A stretch of 59,612 nucleotides of DNA from Bacteroidales bacterium. Its GTDB lineage: Bacteria > Bacteroidota > Bacteroidia > Bacteroidales > P3. The number at the start of each line of letters is the position of its first letter. Position 1 is the first letter of the stretch. A model generated the notes under the pieces. That model saw nothing but the letters and a program-made list of their open reading frames with translations. It was not told where the DNA came from and did no database searches. The DNA lies in contig JAFVWV010000149.1 of NCBI GenBank assembly GCA_017501495.1, positions 1 to 59,612 on the forward strand, written 5' to 3'. The position numbers and the translations under genes were made by a program. Shown piece by piece: positions 20,029-29,777 of the stretch.

Positions 20029-20610
20029 ATGACAAAGAATCTCTACATAATAGCAGGTTGCAACGGAGCTGGCAAGACGACAGCATCCTACACCATACTG
20101 CCCGAGATTCTTGACTGCCACGAGTTCGTCAACGCCGATGAGATTGCCCGCGGCCTGTCGCCATTCAACCCTGGCGGCATGGCCATCGAAGCCGGCAAAC
20201 TGATGTTAAAGCGCATCAAAGAACTGCTCAGCCGCGACGAATCCTTTGCCATAGAAACCACCCTCGCCACCCGGTCTTATGTCAATCTTGTACATCAAGC
20301 ACAGGCCAAAGGCTATCTCGTTACCCTTGTGTTCTTTTGGCTCAACAGCCCAGAGTTGGCGCTACGGCGTATTGCCGAGCGTGTACAGAACGGTGGCCAC
20401 GATATTCCAGAGCCAACAGCACGACGTAGGTACATTGCAGGTATTGACAACCTCTTTAACCTATACATCCCGGAGGTTGACTATTGGATGATTTATGACA
20501 ATAGCGAATCTCCCTGTCTTCCCGTTGCACAAGGGAAAACAACGAAGACATCAACCCTCTACGATGAGGACAAACTGAATAAAATCAAGAGTTATGTCAG
20601 AAAAAGATGA
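20029..20610 (+). CDS. Zeta-toxin-family P-loop kinase
   Basis: Walker A AGCNGAGKTT at the N-terminus and a size of about 190 aa. GC is lower than the surrounding core genes. Confidence 0.65.
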   Translation: MTKNLYIIAGCNGAGKTTASYTILPEILDCHEFVNADEIARGLSPFNPGGMAIEAGKLMLKRIKELLSRDESFAIETTLATRSYVNLVHQAQAKGYLVTLVFFWLNSPELALRRIAERVQNGGHDIPEPTARRRYIAGIDNLFNLYIPEVDYWMIYDNSESPCLPVAQGKTTKTSTLYDEDKLNKIKSYVRKR

Positions 20611-20776
20611 GCAACTGCTAACCGAGAAATTGTTATACGGTTTGAAAATCTCCGAGCGTCGCATGCTCGAAGAGAAAGCCCTGCATGGAGAGGACATTGT
20701 CGTCTGTGATGCCGACAACAACATCCACCGCATACCCGCCAGCGAAGCATTAAAGAAACTTCCTGCCATACAATAA
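20594..20776 (+). CDS. Small hypothetical protein overlapping the zeta-like gene by 17 nt (possible cognate partner)
   Basis: 60-aa ORF, translationally coupled by overlap. No recognisable motif. Confidence 0.35.
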   Translation: MSEKDEQLLTEKLLYGLKISERRMLEEKALHGEDIVVCDADNNIHRIPASEALKKLPAIQ

Positions 20777-20844
20777 AACACAAATAATGGCGTTTAAATT
20801 ATACTAACGCAATAACACAATCACACAATAACGCAATATCAACT

Positions 20845-20919
20845 GCTCCTGTAGTTCAATGGATAGAATAGAGGTTTCCTAAACCTTTGATCAGGGTTCG
20901 ATTCCCTGCGGGAGTACCA
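20845..20919 (+). tRNA. tRNA-Arg (anticodon CCT) with encoded CCA
   Basis: Cloverleaf by hand. Acceptor stem gctcctg/cgggagt, anticodon arm gaggt-ttCCTaa-acctt, T arm cagggttcgattccctg, then a discriminator A and CCA. Confidence 0.9.
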
Positions 20920-20921
20920 AA

Positions 20922-20955
20922 AAGAAGAGCACACGCATAGTTGCTCTTCTTTTTT
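20922..20955 (+). terminator. Rho-independent terminator after the tRNA
   Basis: Stem aagaagagca / tgctcttctt followed by a T-run. Confidence 0.75.
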
Positions 20956-21190
20956 ACACTAATTCGCTTTTTGTGTAACGTTAATCATCGTGTAATTATC
21001 CGTTAATCATACGTAAATCCTTTTGATTGACGGTAATTCGCATTTATCAAAATTCTTCCGTGCGGGCGATATGGAGGCTGGGCATTCTCCATTTTTTTCG
21101 TATCTTTGCATCGATGTCGCGTTATTGAAACAGGCAACATCCACCAACTAACAAGCATAGTATCATACGAATAACATAACCTTAGTGATT

Positions 21191-22549
21191 ATGAAAAGAC
21201 CAACTTTCAAGCCCCAAGCGCCCGACATAATCCTCACGGGTGACGGCCGCAGGATTGCGAAGACCTGCCTGCTGCTTTTCTTCTTGTTTGCCAGCACTTT
21301 CTGCCATGCTCAGACGGCCGCCAATGTCCTTTTCGTGGGCAACAGCTACACCGAGGTCAACGACCTGCCGGGGATGGTGACGCAGATTGCCCGGTCGATG
21401 GGCGACGAGCTCGCCTGCCAGAGCAACACCCCCGGCGGCTGCACCTTCAGTCAGCATTGCAGCAACCACTCGATGGAGCTCATCCGACAGGGCGGCTGGC
21501 ACTTCGTCGTGCTGCAGGAGCAGAGCCAGTATCCGTCGTTCCCGCAGCAGCAGGTCGAAAGCGAGGTGTTCCCCTACGCCCAGCGGCTGGTCGACTCCGT
21601 CTACCGCCATTCGCCTTGTGCCGAGCCGGTGTTCTACATGACGTGGGGGCGCAAGAACGGCGACCAGGGCAACGCCCCCTATTTCCCCGTGCTGGGCACC
21701 TACGAGGGCATGGACAGCATGCTCTGCGAGCGCTACACCTACATGGCCGAGGCCTACGACGCCTCGCTGTGCCCCGTGGGTCGCGTGTGGCGCTATCTGC
21801 GCACCCGGCACCCCACTATCGAGCTCTACCAATCCGACGGCAGCCACCCCTCGGTGGCGGGCACCTATGCGGCCGCGTGCGCCTTCTACACACTCTTCTT
21901 CCATCGTAACCCGACGGGCATACCCTTCGAGCCCTCGCAGATGGCCCCCGACGTTGCGTCGGCCATCCGACATGCCGTCGATTCGGTAGTGTATCAGCAA
22001 CTTGACAGCTGGCGCCGTCCGCAACCCGTGGCCGCCTTCGAGAGCCACATCGACGACACCGACCCCATGACGGTCGTCCTGGCCTCCACCTCCGCGCATG
22101 CCGACAGCCTTGTGTGGATAATCGACGATGGCGAAGCCCTCGGCACGACCGACACCACGCTGACGCACACCTTCGCCGACACCGGCAGCCACACCATCAC
22201 CCTAATCGCCTCGCGCCATTGCATGGCAGACACCACCACCGCGTCCGTCCACATCGTTGGCGACACCACGCCTCCCCTACCCATAGGCATCGCAAGTGCT
22301 GTCAGCATCAACGATTTTGCCGTTTCCCCAAACCCTACCGACGGCATGGTCATCCTTACGATACCGCCCAACTGTGAAATGCAGAGAGTCGTAGCGACCG
22401 ACATGGCTGGACGCCAGATAAAATCAGTCCCGGTCACGTCGACCGACATTAAGGTTGTTTTTTGGATAGATAACTGTGCTTCAGGCGTCTACTTACTGCA
22501 TGCCGTTGCCGCGACAAGAATCGCAACACGCAAGATAGTAGTAAGATAA
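21191..22549 (+). CDS. SGNH/GDSL-like hydrolase with a T9SS C-terminal sorting domain
   Basis: Block I VLFVGNSYT, block V SDGSHPS, and a C-terminus SPNPTDGMVILTI...GVYLLHAV...KIVVR that is typical of the Por/T9SS CTD. Confidence 0.7.
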   Translation: MKRPTFKPQAPDIILTGDGRRIAKTCLLLFFLFASTFCHAQTAANVLFVGNSYTEVNDLPGMVTQIARSMGDELACQSNTPGGCTFSQHCSNHSMELIRQGGWHFVVLQEQSQYPSFPQQQVESEVFPYAQRLVDSVYRHSPCAEPVFYMTWGRKNGDQGNAPYFPVLGTYEGMDSMLCERYTYMAEAYDASLCPVGRVWRYLRTRHPTIELYQSDGSHPSVAGTYAAACAFYTLFFHRNPTGIPFEPSQMAPDVASAIRHAVDSVVYQQLDSWRRPQPVAAFESHIDDTDPMTVVLASTSAHADSLVWIIDDGEALGTTDTTLTHTFADTGSHTITLIASRHCMADTTTASVHIVGDTTPPLPIGIASAVSINDFAVSPNPTDGMVILTIPPNCEMQRVVATDMAGRQIKSVPVTSTDIKVVFWIDNCASGVYLLHAVAATRIATRKIVVR

Positions 22550-22753
22550 TTTCCGTTTATTTGGCTCCATCGAAGATATTCCTGCGCGTAGGTGCTCAAA
22601 AACATTTACACATTAACACATTGGATGCGCGGCTACTCCTTTTACTCCCCTTTTGCTCCCCTTCGTACCCCCTTCTGGGTAACTCTGCTGTAACTATACA
22701 ATAACTCCGCTGTAACTCCGTTACACTCATAGTCACCATCAACAACACACACT

Positions 22754-23542
22754 ATGGCAAAGACCAACCCAACCCTCGGTCCTAATTCTGGCAAAATCGG
22801 CGACTTGGTATATTACACCCGCTTCGGCAAGGAGTTCGTCCGCCGTAAGGCAAAGACTTTTAACGACTGCAAGTCGGAAGCGCAGCTGCGCCAGCGAGCC
22901 ATCTTCAAGGCCACCCAGCAGACCGCAGCCCTCTATGGTTCCCTGTTGCAACGCGGCCTCACCAAGTACGCCCATAGCCAAGGCCACACCGAAGCCAACG
23001 AGTTCTCGCGCCTCAACAAAGAGCGCTTCTCCTATGCCGACGGCAAAGTCACCATCGACTACCCCGCCCTGCAACTTGCGGTTGGCCCCCTGCCCTCTGT
23101 CGCTTTCACAGCTTGCCACGCCGGAGGTCTCCACATCACGCTGACGTTCGACCCCAACCCCTCCGCCGACAAAGCCCGTCCCGACGATGTCGTCCACATC
23201 TATGCCGTCTCCCCGCAAGCCGAAGTCTGTATGCTAATGACTAGCGTAGAAAGGCAATCCGGACAGGCCGCCTTCGAACTACCCGACCTGAGCGACGAGG
23301 TAACAACAGCATGCAAAAAAGAGCCAACGAATAAACCATTGAATAAGACTAATGCATTCACACACTCACGCACTAACGCAATCAACTATCACCTCTACGC
23401 CATCGTCGAAGCAGCCAACACCGCCCCCATCTCCACCCTCTCCGCCGCCGAGAAGAAAGCCAACAAACTCCACCGCAACATCAACCGCCGCGTCTCCAAC
23501 TCTATATTCATCGGCTCCATCATTGCACCATGCCTCCCCTAA
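22754..23542 (+). CDS. Hypothetical protein, member of a three-paralog family (with 41546..42265 and 51055..51777)
   Basis: N-terminus GKIGDLVYYTRFGKEFVRR aligns with GRLKKSGVTFYTRNGQMVAR of 41546. It is a stand-alone gene behind a long CT-rich leader. Confidence 0.6.
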   Translation: MAKTNPTLGPNSGKIGDLVYYTRFGKEFVRRKAKTFNDCKSEAQLRQRAIFKATQQTAALYGSLLQRGLTKYAHSQGHTEANEFSRLNKERFSYADGKVTIDYPALQLAVGPLPSVAFTACHAGGLHITLTFDPNPSADKARPDDVVHIYAVSPQAEVCMLMTSVERQSGQAAFELPDLSDEVTTACKKEPTNKPLNKTNAFTHSRTNAINYHLYAIVEAANTAPISTLSAAEKKANKLHRNINRRVSNSIFIGSIIAPCLP

Positions 23543-23674
23543 AAAACGTTGATACGCTTCATCCAGCCCACCCCCAAACTGAAATTCAGCCCATTTGCTC
23601 AATGACAAAAACAATGAGAACCAAGAAATTACTTCGTATAAAACTGTTTATTTTGTCAATTTAATTCTTTTTTG

Positions 23675-23682
23675 TATCTTTG
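23675..23682 (+). promoter_or_regulatory. -7 promoter box (tatctttg) of the restriction/defence operon
   Basis: Matches TAnnTTTG 26 nt before ATG 23708. No comparable box was seen between the next five tightly packed genes. Confidence 0.55.
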
Positions 23683-23707
23683 CATTTGCATAGATAAATA
23701 TCTTACA

Positions 23708-24964
23708 ATGGGACAACAAACTGATTGCAAGCAAAAAAGAAAAGGTTTGTTCACGATGATAGACCTTTTCGCAGGAGCAGGAGGTCTCTCTGAGGGGTTT
23801 GTGCAGGCTGGATTTGACCCCATTGCACACATTGAAATGGATAGAGACGCATGCGACACGTTGAGGACTCGCTGCTGCTATCACTATCTCCGCAACAAAA
23901 ATAAACTCGATATCTATTATAGCTACTTAAAAGGAGAGATTTCCAGAGACAAGCTATACAAGTCAGTACCTTCATGGGTTATTGATGCAGTAATAAATGT
24001 AGAGATTTCCGACAATACAATCAAATCAACTTTTGCAAAAATCAAAGAGTTGTCTGCCAACAGAGGGATTGACCTGATCATAGGTGGTCCTCCGTGCCAA
24101 GCATATTCTCTTTTGGGTCGACACGACAAGAAAATGGAAGATGACCCTCGCACCCGTTTATATCTTCAATACGGTAAGTTCCTTGCGGAATTCAAACCGA
24201 AAGGATTCGTTTTTGAGAACGTGCCGGGGCTGTTGAGTGCAAAAAAAGGAGAGCATTTCAAGAATTTAAGAGAATACTTCGATAGCTTGGGTTACAATGT
24301 ACACTATAAAATGCTCGATGCATCCGACTATGGTGTTTTACAAGTCAGGAAAAGGCTCATTATTGTAGGCTGGCAAAAAGAGCATGACTATGGATACCCG
24401 GACATTCCAATAAATAAAGCTTCTGTTGCTGTCAACGACATCCTTAATGATTTGCCTCTTTTGAAAGCAGGCGATGTTTTGCAGGTGGCACCGTATAGAC
24501 AGTCTGCAAACGAGTATTTGCTTGTTAGTGGAATTCGAGATAAAGACGAAGTATTTGTTACACAAAACATCACTCGTCCTATCAACACCAATGATGCCGC
24601 CATCTATGCTTATGCCATAAAAGCTTGGAATGACAAACATATCCGCGTTAAATACACCGATCTTCCTGTGGAGTTGAAGACGCATAAAAACGAGGAATCG
24701 TTTTTGGATAGGTTTAAGGTAGTTGATGGGAATGGTCTTTCGCATACTTTAGTCGCTCACCTTGCCAAAGATGGCCACTACTTTATCCATCCAAATATCA
24801 ATTACTGTCGTTCCATATCCATACGGGAAGCCGCCAGGCTGCAATCATTCCCTGACAACTACTTCTTCGAGGGAAGCCGTTCTGCAAAATTTAAACAAAT
24901 AGGCAATGCTGTGCCACCTTTGATGGCTAAGACTATTGCCACTACTATATTTCAAATGTTATGA
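23708..24964 (+). CDS. DNA (cytosine-5)-methyltransferase (M1)
   Basis: Motif I DLFAGAGGLSEGF, IV GGPPCQAYS, VI FVFENVPGL, VIII LQVRKRL, X QIGNAVPP. Confidence 0.95.
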   Translation: MGQQTDCKQKRKGLFTMIDLFAGAGGLSEGFVQAGFDPIAHIEMDRDACDTLRTRCCYHYLRNKNKLDIYYSYLKGEISRDKLYKSVPSWVIDAVINVEISDNTIKSTFAKIKELSANRGIDLIIGGPPCQAYSLLGRHDKKMEDDPRTRLYLQYGKFLAEFKPKGFVFENVPGLLSAKKGEHFKNLREYFDSLGYNVHYKMLDASDYGVLQVRKRLIIVGWQKEHDYGYPDIPINKASVAVNDILNDLPLLKAGDVLQVAPYRQSANEYLLVSGIRDKDEVFVTQNITRPINTNDAAIYAYAIKAWNDKHIRVKYTDLPVELKTHKNEESFLDRFKVVDGNGLSHTLVAHLAKDGHYFIHPNINYCRSISIREAARLQSFPDNYFFEGSRSAKFKQIGNAVPPLMAKTIATTIFQML

Positions 24965-27134
24965 CCGATAACTTGCCCATAAATTCAATGGAAGTGCCTG
25001 TTGATGACCAAGAACGGGTCGCAAAATTCAAGCCCCGTGCAAGGTTATTATTACAATTAGGGGACCAGCTGATAAAAAACGAAAGCATTGCATTGCTTGA
25101 GTTGGCCAAAAATGCTTATGATGCAGATGCCTCAAAAGTAACAATAATCATGCATAATCCAGATTCGATTGAAAATGGTGACATTGAAATTGAGGACGAT
25201 GGATTTGGCATGACCGGCGACATTGTTGAAAATGTTTGGCTTGAACCGGGAAGTAACTTTAAGCAGGAGCAATATATTGAACGTAAAGTGACACCTAAAT
25301 TCAAGCGACTTCCAATTGGTGAAAAAGGAATTGGTAGATTTGGTGCCCACAAACTTGGCAATGTCATTGAAATGACAACAAAAAATGCCGATGATAAAGA
25401 AGTTTATGTGCGTATCGATTGGACAAGGTTTGCGGAACATAAGTACTTAGATGAAGTTCCAATAAAAATAATAGAAAGGGGTAATCCCCAATATTTTACG
25501 GATGGAAAGACCGGAACCAGAATTGTTATTCATGGCTTTCGTCATCCTTGGGAAAGAGGAACTGCTCGCGAAGTAAAGAGAGCAATGACCTCTATAACTT
25601 CTCCTTTTGAAACAGTTGGATCGTTTAAACCGAGCTTTGAGATATTAGATAAACCAAATGGTTTGATGGAATATTGTCATGGGATGGAGTTCGTGATTAT
25701 TCTCTCTTTCAGTTTGAGGCAATAATAGAGGGTAATTCAATCACACATTTTTCCTACAAATTCACACCATGGGCGACCATGACGAAATTGAAAGAAAGAG
25801 AAGTTGGCATCACGGATTCCATTGTAAACAACTATTTGAGAATAAAAGATGAGAAAGAAGAGGATGTAAATCTAAAACAATATAAAATCGGCAGGATAAA
25901 ATTTAAAGGCTACATTTTTGACCAAGATGCTTTTGTGTTAAAGATGGGGTTATCAGATAAATCCGGTTTTAAAGCATATTTAAAGTCTAATGGTGGGGTT
26001 CGTGTATTTCGAGACGGGCTAAGAATATATGACTACGGAGAACCCGAGAATGACTGGTTGGCATTGGATTATAGAAGATTTCAGCAGCCGACAAAAGCCA
26101 TTAGCAATAATCTCATTGTCGGTGCTGTTGAACTAAATAGAGATGAAAGCTCTGATTTGGAGGAAAAGACAAATCGAGAGGGCTTTGTGGCTAATGATGC
26201 CTATGCTGCATTTAAGAATGCTGTTTTGCATATCATTGAAATAGTTGAGATTCTTCGTCAAACAGACAAGAAAAAACTAAAAGAAATATACGGCCCGACA
26301 CCGAAATCCGAGCCCGTAATGAGCCTTATCGGAGAGGCTCAACGGTATGTCGAAGATAAGGTCGCAAACAGTGAAGTGAAAGCTGAAATCAAGAAATACC
26401 TCGTTAAAATCGAGCGTGACTATAAGATAGTGACCGACAATTTGCTAAAAGCCGCTGGTGCTGGCCTGAATATGTCCGTTGTTGTACATGAGATTGAAAA
26501 AATAATATATGAAGTCACAAAAGTATTAAAATCAGAGAAAGCATCGGAAAGAGTTCTTCATCTTGTGGAACATCTTTCTTCGCTGATTGATGGCTATGCA
26601 GATTTGATTCGTCGTTCAGACCAAACAACAGAAAATGTTGTTAACATTGTGAATCAAGCATTGTTTAATACAGAATATAGACTAGAAGCTCACAACATAG
26701 TTCTAATAAAAAAGTATAGTGGCAACAGTCAAATAAAAAATGTGCGATGCAAGGTGGCCAGAAATTTGATGATTAGCACTGTAATGAACCTGATCGACAA
26801 CTCTATCTATTGGCTTGATCAAAAATATTTCAAGAAAAAAGAAAAGAATGAATCGTTTAATAAGAAACTATACATTGACATTTTCCAAGAAAATGATTTT
26901 GTAAACATTTTGGTCGCTGATAATGGTACAGGCATATTATTACCCACGGAAGAAATCACAGAACCATTTGTTACAGGAAAGAAAAATGGAGCTGGCATGG
27001 GACTAGGCCTTCATATTGCAAGTGAAGTGATTGCTGCACAAGGTGGAAAAATCATTTTCCCCGACAATGGGGATTATGATGTCCCAGCAGAATTCCAAGA
27101 AGGTGCAATTGTCGTATTATCATTGAAAAAATAA
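24961..27134 (+). pseudogene. Fused MORC-like GHKL ATPase plus histidine-kinase transmitter (DHp + HATPase_c), split by a 1-nt frameshift near 25653-25662
   Basis: N-terminus: ELAKNAYDADASKVTI, IEDDGFGM, GEKGIGRFGAHKLG. C-terminus: H-box-like VVHEIEKII, N-box MNLIDNSIYW, G1 VADNGTGI, G2 GAGMGLGLHIA. ORFs 24961..25725 and 25674..27134 overlap in frames 1 nt apart, and the frame-2 sequence reads naturally from 25653. Confidence 0.75.
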
Positions 27135-27142
27135 TCTTATAT

Positions 27143-28504
27143 ATGAAAGATAGCATTATACCGATAACGGGACGTATTGCCATAATTGATGACAATATTA
27201 ACGAAGTAAAACCACTTATGAGGGAGTTTTCTCAAAACAACATCCCTTATGTTTATATCAAAGGTGACGACGAATCTTTTTTCCCAGAAGAACCAGACAA
27301 TGATATTCGGATACTTTTTTTAGATATTAATCTTTTAGGGCAATCCTCTACTAACGATAAAAACATTAAAAGCAATCTTATTAGTGTAATCCGAAGAGTT
27401 ATTTCCCCTAATAATTACCCGTATGTTTTAATATATTGGAGCCTTCAGGAACGTGAATATGACGCAATAATTCGAGAAGTGTTTGAAACCGTCTTGGAAG
27501 ATAGGCGTCCCATTTCTGTACATCGGTTTATAAAATCGGACTTCTTTTTAATACCGGGAGGAGAAGAACAACCTACTGACAAGAACATTGTTGAAGAATT
27601 AAAGAGAATAGTTCAGGGAATCCCTGCATATAACTATTTAATGCAGTGGGAAAATATTGCACATAATTCCACAGACAAGTTATTAAAAGAAATTTTTCCA
27701 AATGCAACCCCCGATGAATGGGAAAATGTAACGAACGTAATAATAAATTCATTAGGGCAAGCATACATTGGACAATATTTCCACGATGCTCCAATTGAAG
27801 AAAAAATCAAAGCAAGTTTAATGGCCTTAAATATGATATTTGTCGATTCTTTAGACAATCATTTAGGTCAATGTGAGATAAACAATCCCCAAGAGCTAAC
27901 TTCAAATGATTTTGACAAACAAAGAATAGGAGAATTAAAAGCCACTCTCAATCACAAATTGCTCATTTATACAACTCCCAACAATATTTGTGAACCAGGT
28001 GTGGTTATCCAATACACAAAGCCTACAAATGGCTATTTTGAGTCATTTCTACACAAAGTATTATCTATTTTCTCAATAAAACATGAAATCTTATGCAAAA
28101 CGCCAGACATTCTTGATGGTTTATTGAAGCAAGAATTAGGCAACAGAGTAAAACAGATAAAACAAGAAATCCAACAAACCTGGATAAGAATAGGTGTTGT
28201 AGTAACTCCAAGTTGCGATTTTGCACAAAAGAAAAAAATCTGTGACCGGGTTGTGCAAGGTGTCATGATAGAATCTCAATTTAGAAATTATTTAAATCAA
28301 GGTGATGCCTTTTATACCTCTCCTATAATAAGGCATGATGGGAGAAATTATATTGTCGTATTAAACTTTAATTATTTTATTACAACAAACCTTAACGGCG
28401 AGTCAGACTGCACTATTCTTTTTAAAATAAGACGTCCAATGTTGGCAGAAATTCAATCAAAATTAGCTCGACATATCAACCGACAGGGAATAATGAATTT
28501 ATAG
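27143..28504 (+). CDS. Receiver (REC)-like domain protein with an uncharacterised C-terminal domain of about 300 aa
   Basis: RIAIIDDN (acidic pair), ILFLDINLL (candidate phospho-acceptor Asp61), VLIYWS and a later Lys fit a CheY-like pattern. The rest of the protein has no motif I recognise. Confidence 0.6.
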   Translation: MKDSIIPITGRIAIIDDNINEVKPLMREFSQNNIPYVYIKGDDESFFPEEPDNDIRILFLDINLLGQSSTNDKNIKSNLISVIRRVISPNNYPYVLIYWSLQEREYDAIIREVFETVLEDRRPISVHRFIKSDFFLIPGGEEQPTDKNIVEELKRIVQGIPAYNYLMQWENIAHNSTDKLLKEIFPNATPDEWENVTNVIINSLGQAYIGQYFHDAPIEEKIKASLMALNMIFVDSLDNHLGQCEINNPQELTSNDFDKQRIGELKATLNHKLLIYTTPNNICEPGVVIQYTKPTNGYFESFLHKVLSIFSIKHEILCKTPDILDGLLKQELGNRVKQIKQEIQQTWIRIGVVVTPSCDFAQKKKICDRVVQGVMIESQFRNYLNQGDAFYTSPIIRHDGRNYIVVLNFNYFITTNLNGESDCTILFKIRRPMLAEIQSKLARHINRQGIMNL

Positions 28505-28513
28505 ACAGGTATT

Positions 28514-29776
28514 ATGCCAAAGAACACATATAATATTAATTCTTTTTTTGCAGGAGTAGGCGGATTTGACGTAGCGTTTGAAAGACAAGGATTTTCGACG
28601 ACATTACTGTGTGAGATAAACCCGTTCTGTAATCAAATCCTAGACAGGCATTGGCCTCATGTTAAAAAAGTTGGTGATATTAATATTATTAAATCAGACG
28701 ATATTCCACAATCTAATGTGTGGTGCGGAGGATTTCCTTGTCAGGACATTTCTGTTGCTCGGGGTGCTTCAGCAAGATTAGGATTGAAAGGAACCAGGTC
28801 TGGTTTGTTTTATCGTTTTGCAGAACTAATTGAAGCAGAAAAGCCCGAAGTTGTAATTATTGAGAATGTTGCCGGTCTGTTTACATCTAATAAAGGAAGA
28901 GATTTCGGAGTTATTCTACAGACTCTATCCTCTTTGGGTTATGCTGTTGCTTGGAGATTGTTGAACAGCCGCTATTTTGGTGTTCCGCAGTCTCGTACAC
29001 GTGTTTATTTGTGTTGCTGGAGAAATAACCCCCAAAAAGCATTAAGCGTCATGTTCGATAAAAAAGGTGCTGTAAAACCACAAAACGAAAGAATTGATTT
29101 TATTACAGAAGATAACGCCCGTAATACATATCCTAAAGTACCTAAAGTAGCCTATTGCCTTGCGGCTTCATCTGGAAGACATACTGGAACGGATTGGAGT
29201 AGGACATATGTTGTTTGCAGAAATGGTGTCCGACGTTTGTCACCTGTTGAATCAGAAAGACTTCAGGGTTTTCCAGATAATTGGACTTTGCCGTCGGAGG
29301 AATTGATAAATGATGAAAACATAAACACGCTCAGATATACTGCAATAGGGAATGCAGTATCTGTTCCTGTTGTTGAATGGGTGGCAAAAAAGGTGAAGAA
29401 ACAGCTTGGAAGTAAGCTCAAGGAAAATGATTTAGCGGATGATATTATGTCATATCATGATTTAAAAAAATCAAAGTGGTCTGATGTGGAATTAAATAAT
29501 ATTGACTTTACCGATACAACAAAAACATATAAATGGGAAAGAGGTGGTTTGGTCTGGCATAACCGGTTCATCGAATGCAATATTCCGCCCACTCCTTCTG
29601 AAATTGTTAATTCGTCTTTGTCAAACTTGATTGAAAAAAAACAAAACAATCCAGTTTATTTTCTTTCGCCAAACGCAGCAGAAGGAATTTTACGACGTGT
29701 TGATAGCCAAAATAGAAGTCTTTTTGCACCATTGCGAATCGCTTTAGAAAAATTAAGTTCCCAAAATAACAAATAA
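28514..29776 (+). CDS. DNA (cytosine-5)-methyltransferase (M2) with a C-terminal extension
   Basis: Motif I SFFAGVGGFDVAF, IV GGFPCQDIS, VI IIENVAGL, VIII PQSRTRVY, X IGNAVSVPV. Confidence 0.95.
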   Translation: MPKNTYNINSFFAGVGGFDVAFERQGFSTTLLCEINPFCNQILDRHWPHVKKVGDINIIKSDDIPQSNVWCGGFPCQDISVARGASARLGLKGTRSGLFYRFAELIEAEKPEVVIIENVAGLFTSNKGRDFGVILQTLSSLGYAVAWRLLNSRYFGVPQSRTRVYLCCWRNNPQKALSVMFDKKGAVKPQNERIDFITEDNARNTYPKVPKVAYCLAASSGRHTGTDWSRTYVVCRNGVRRLSPVESERLQGFPDNWTLPSEELINDENINTLRYTAIGNAVSVPVVEWVAKKVKKQLGSKLKENDLADDIMSYHDLKKSKWSDVELNNIDFTDTTKTYKWERGGLVWHNRFIECNIPPTPSEIVNSSLSNLIEKKQNNPVYFLSPNAAEGILRRVDSQNRSLFAPLRIALEKLSSQNNK

Positions 29777-29777
29777 T

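Noticed and set aside
25651-25662. Programmed -1 ribosomal frameshift joining the two halves of the GHKL/HK gene.
   Set aside because: There is no X XXY YYZ slippery heptamer and no obvious downstream structure. A simple 1-nt indel, or a sequencing error, is the more economical explanation.
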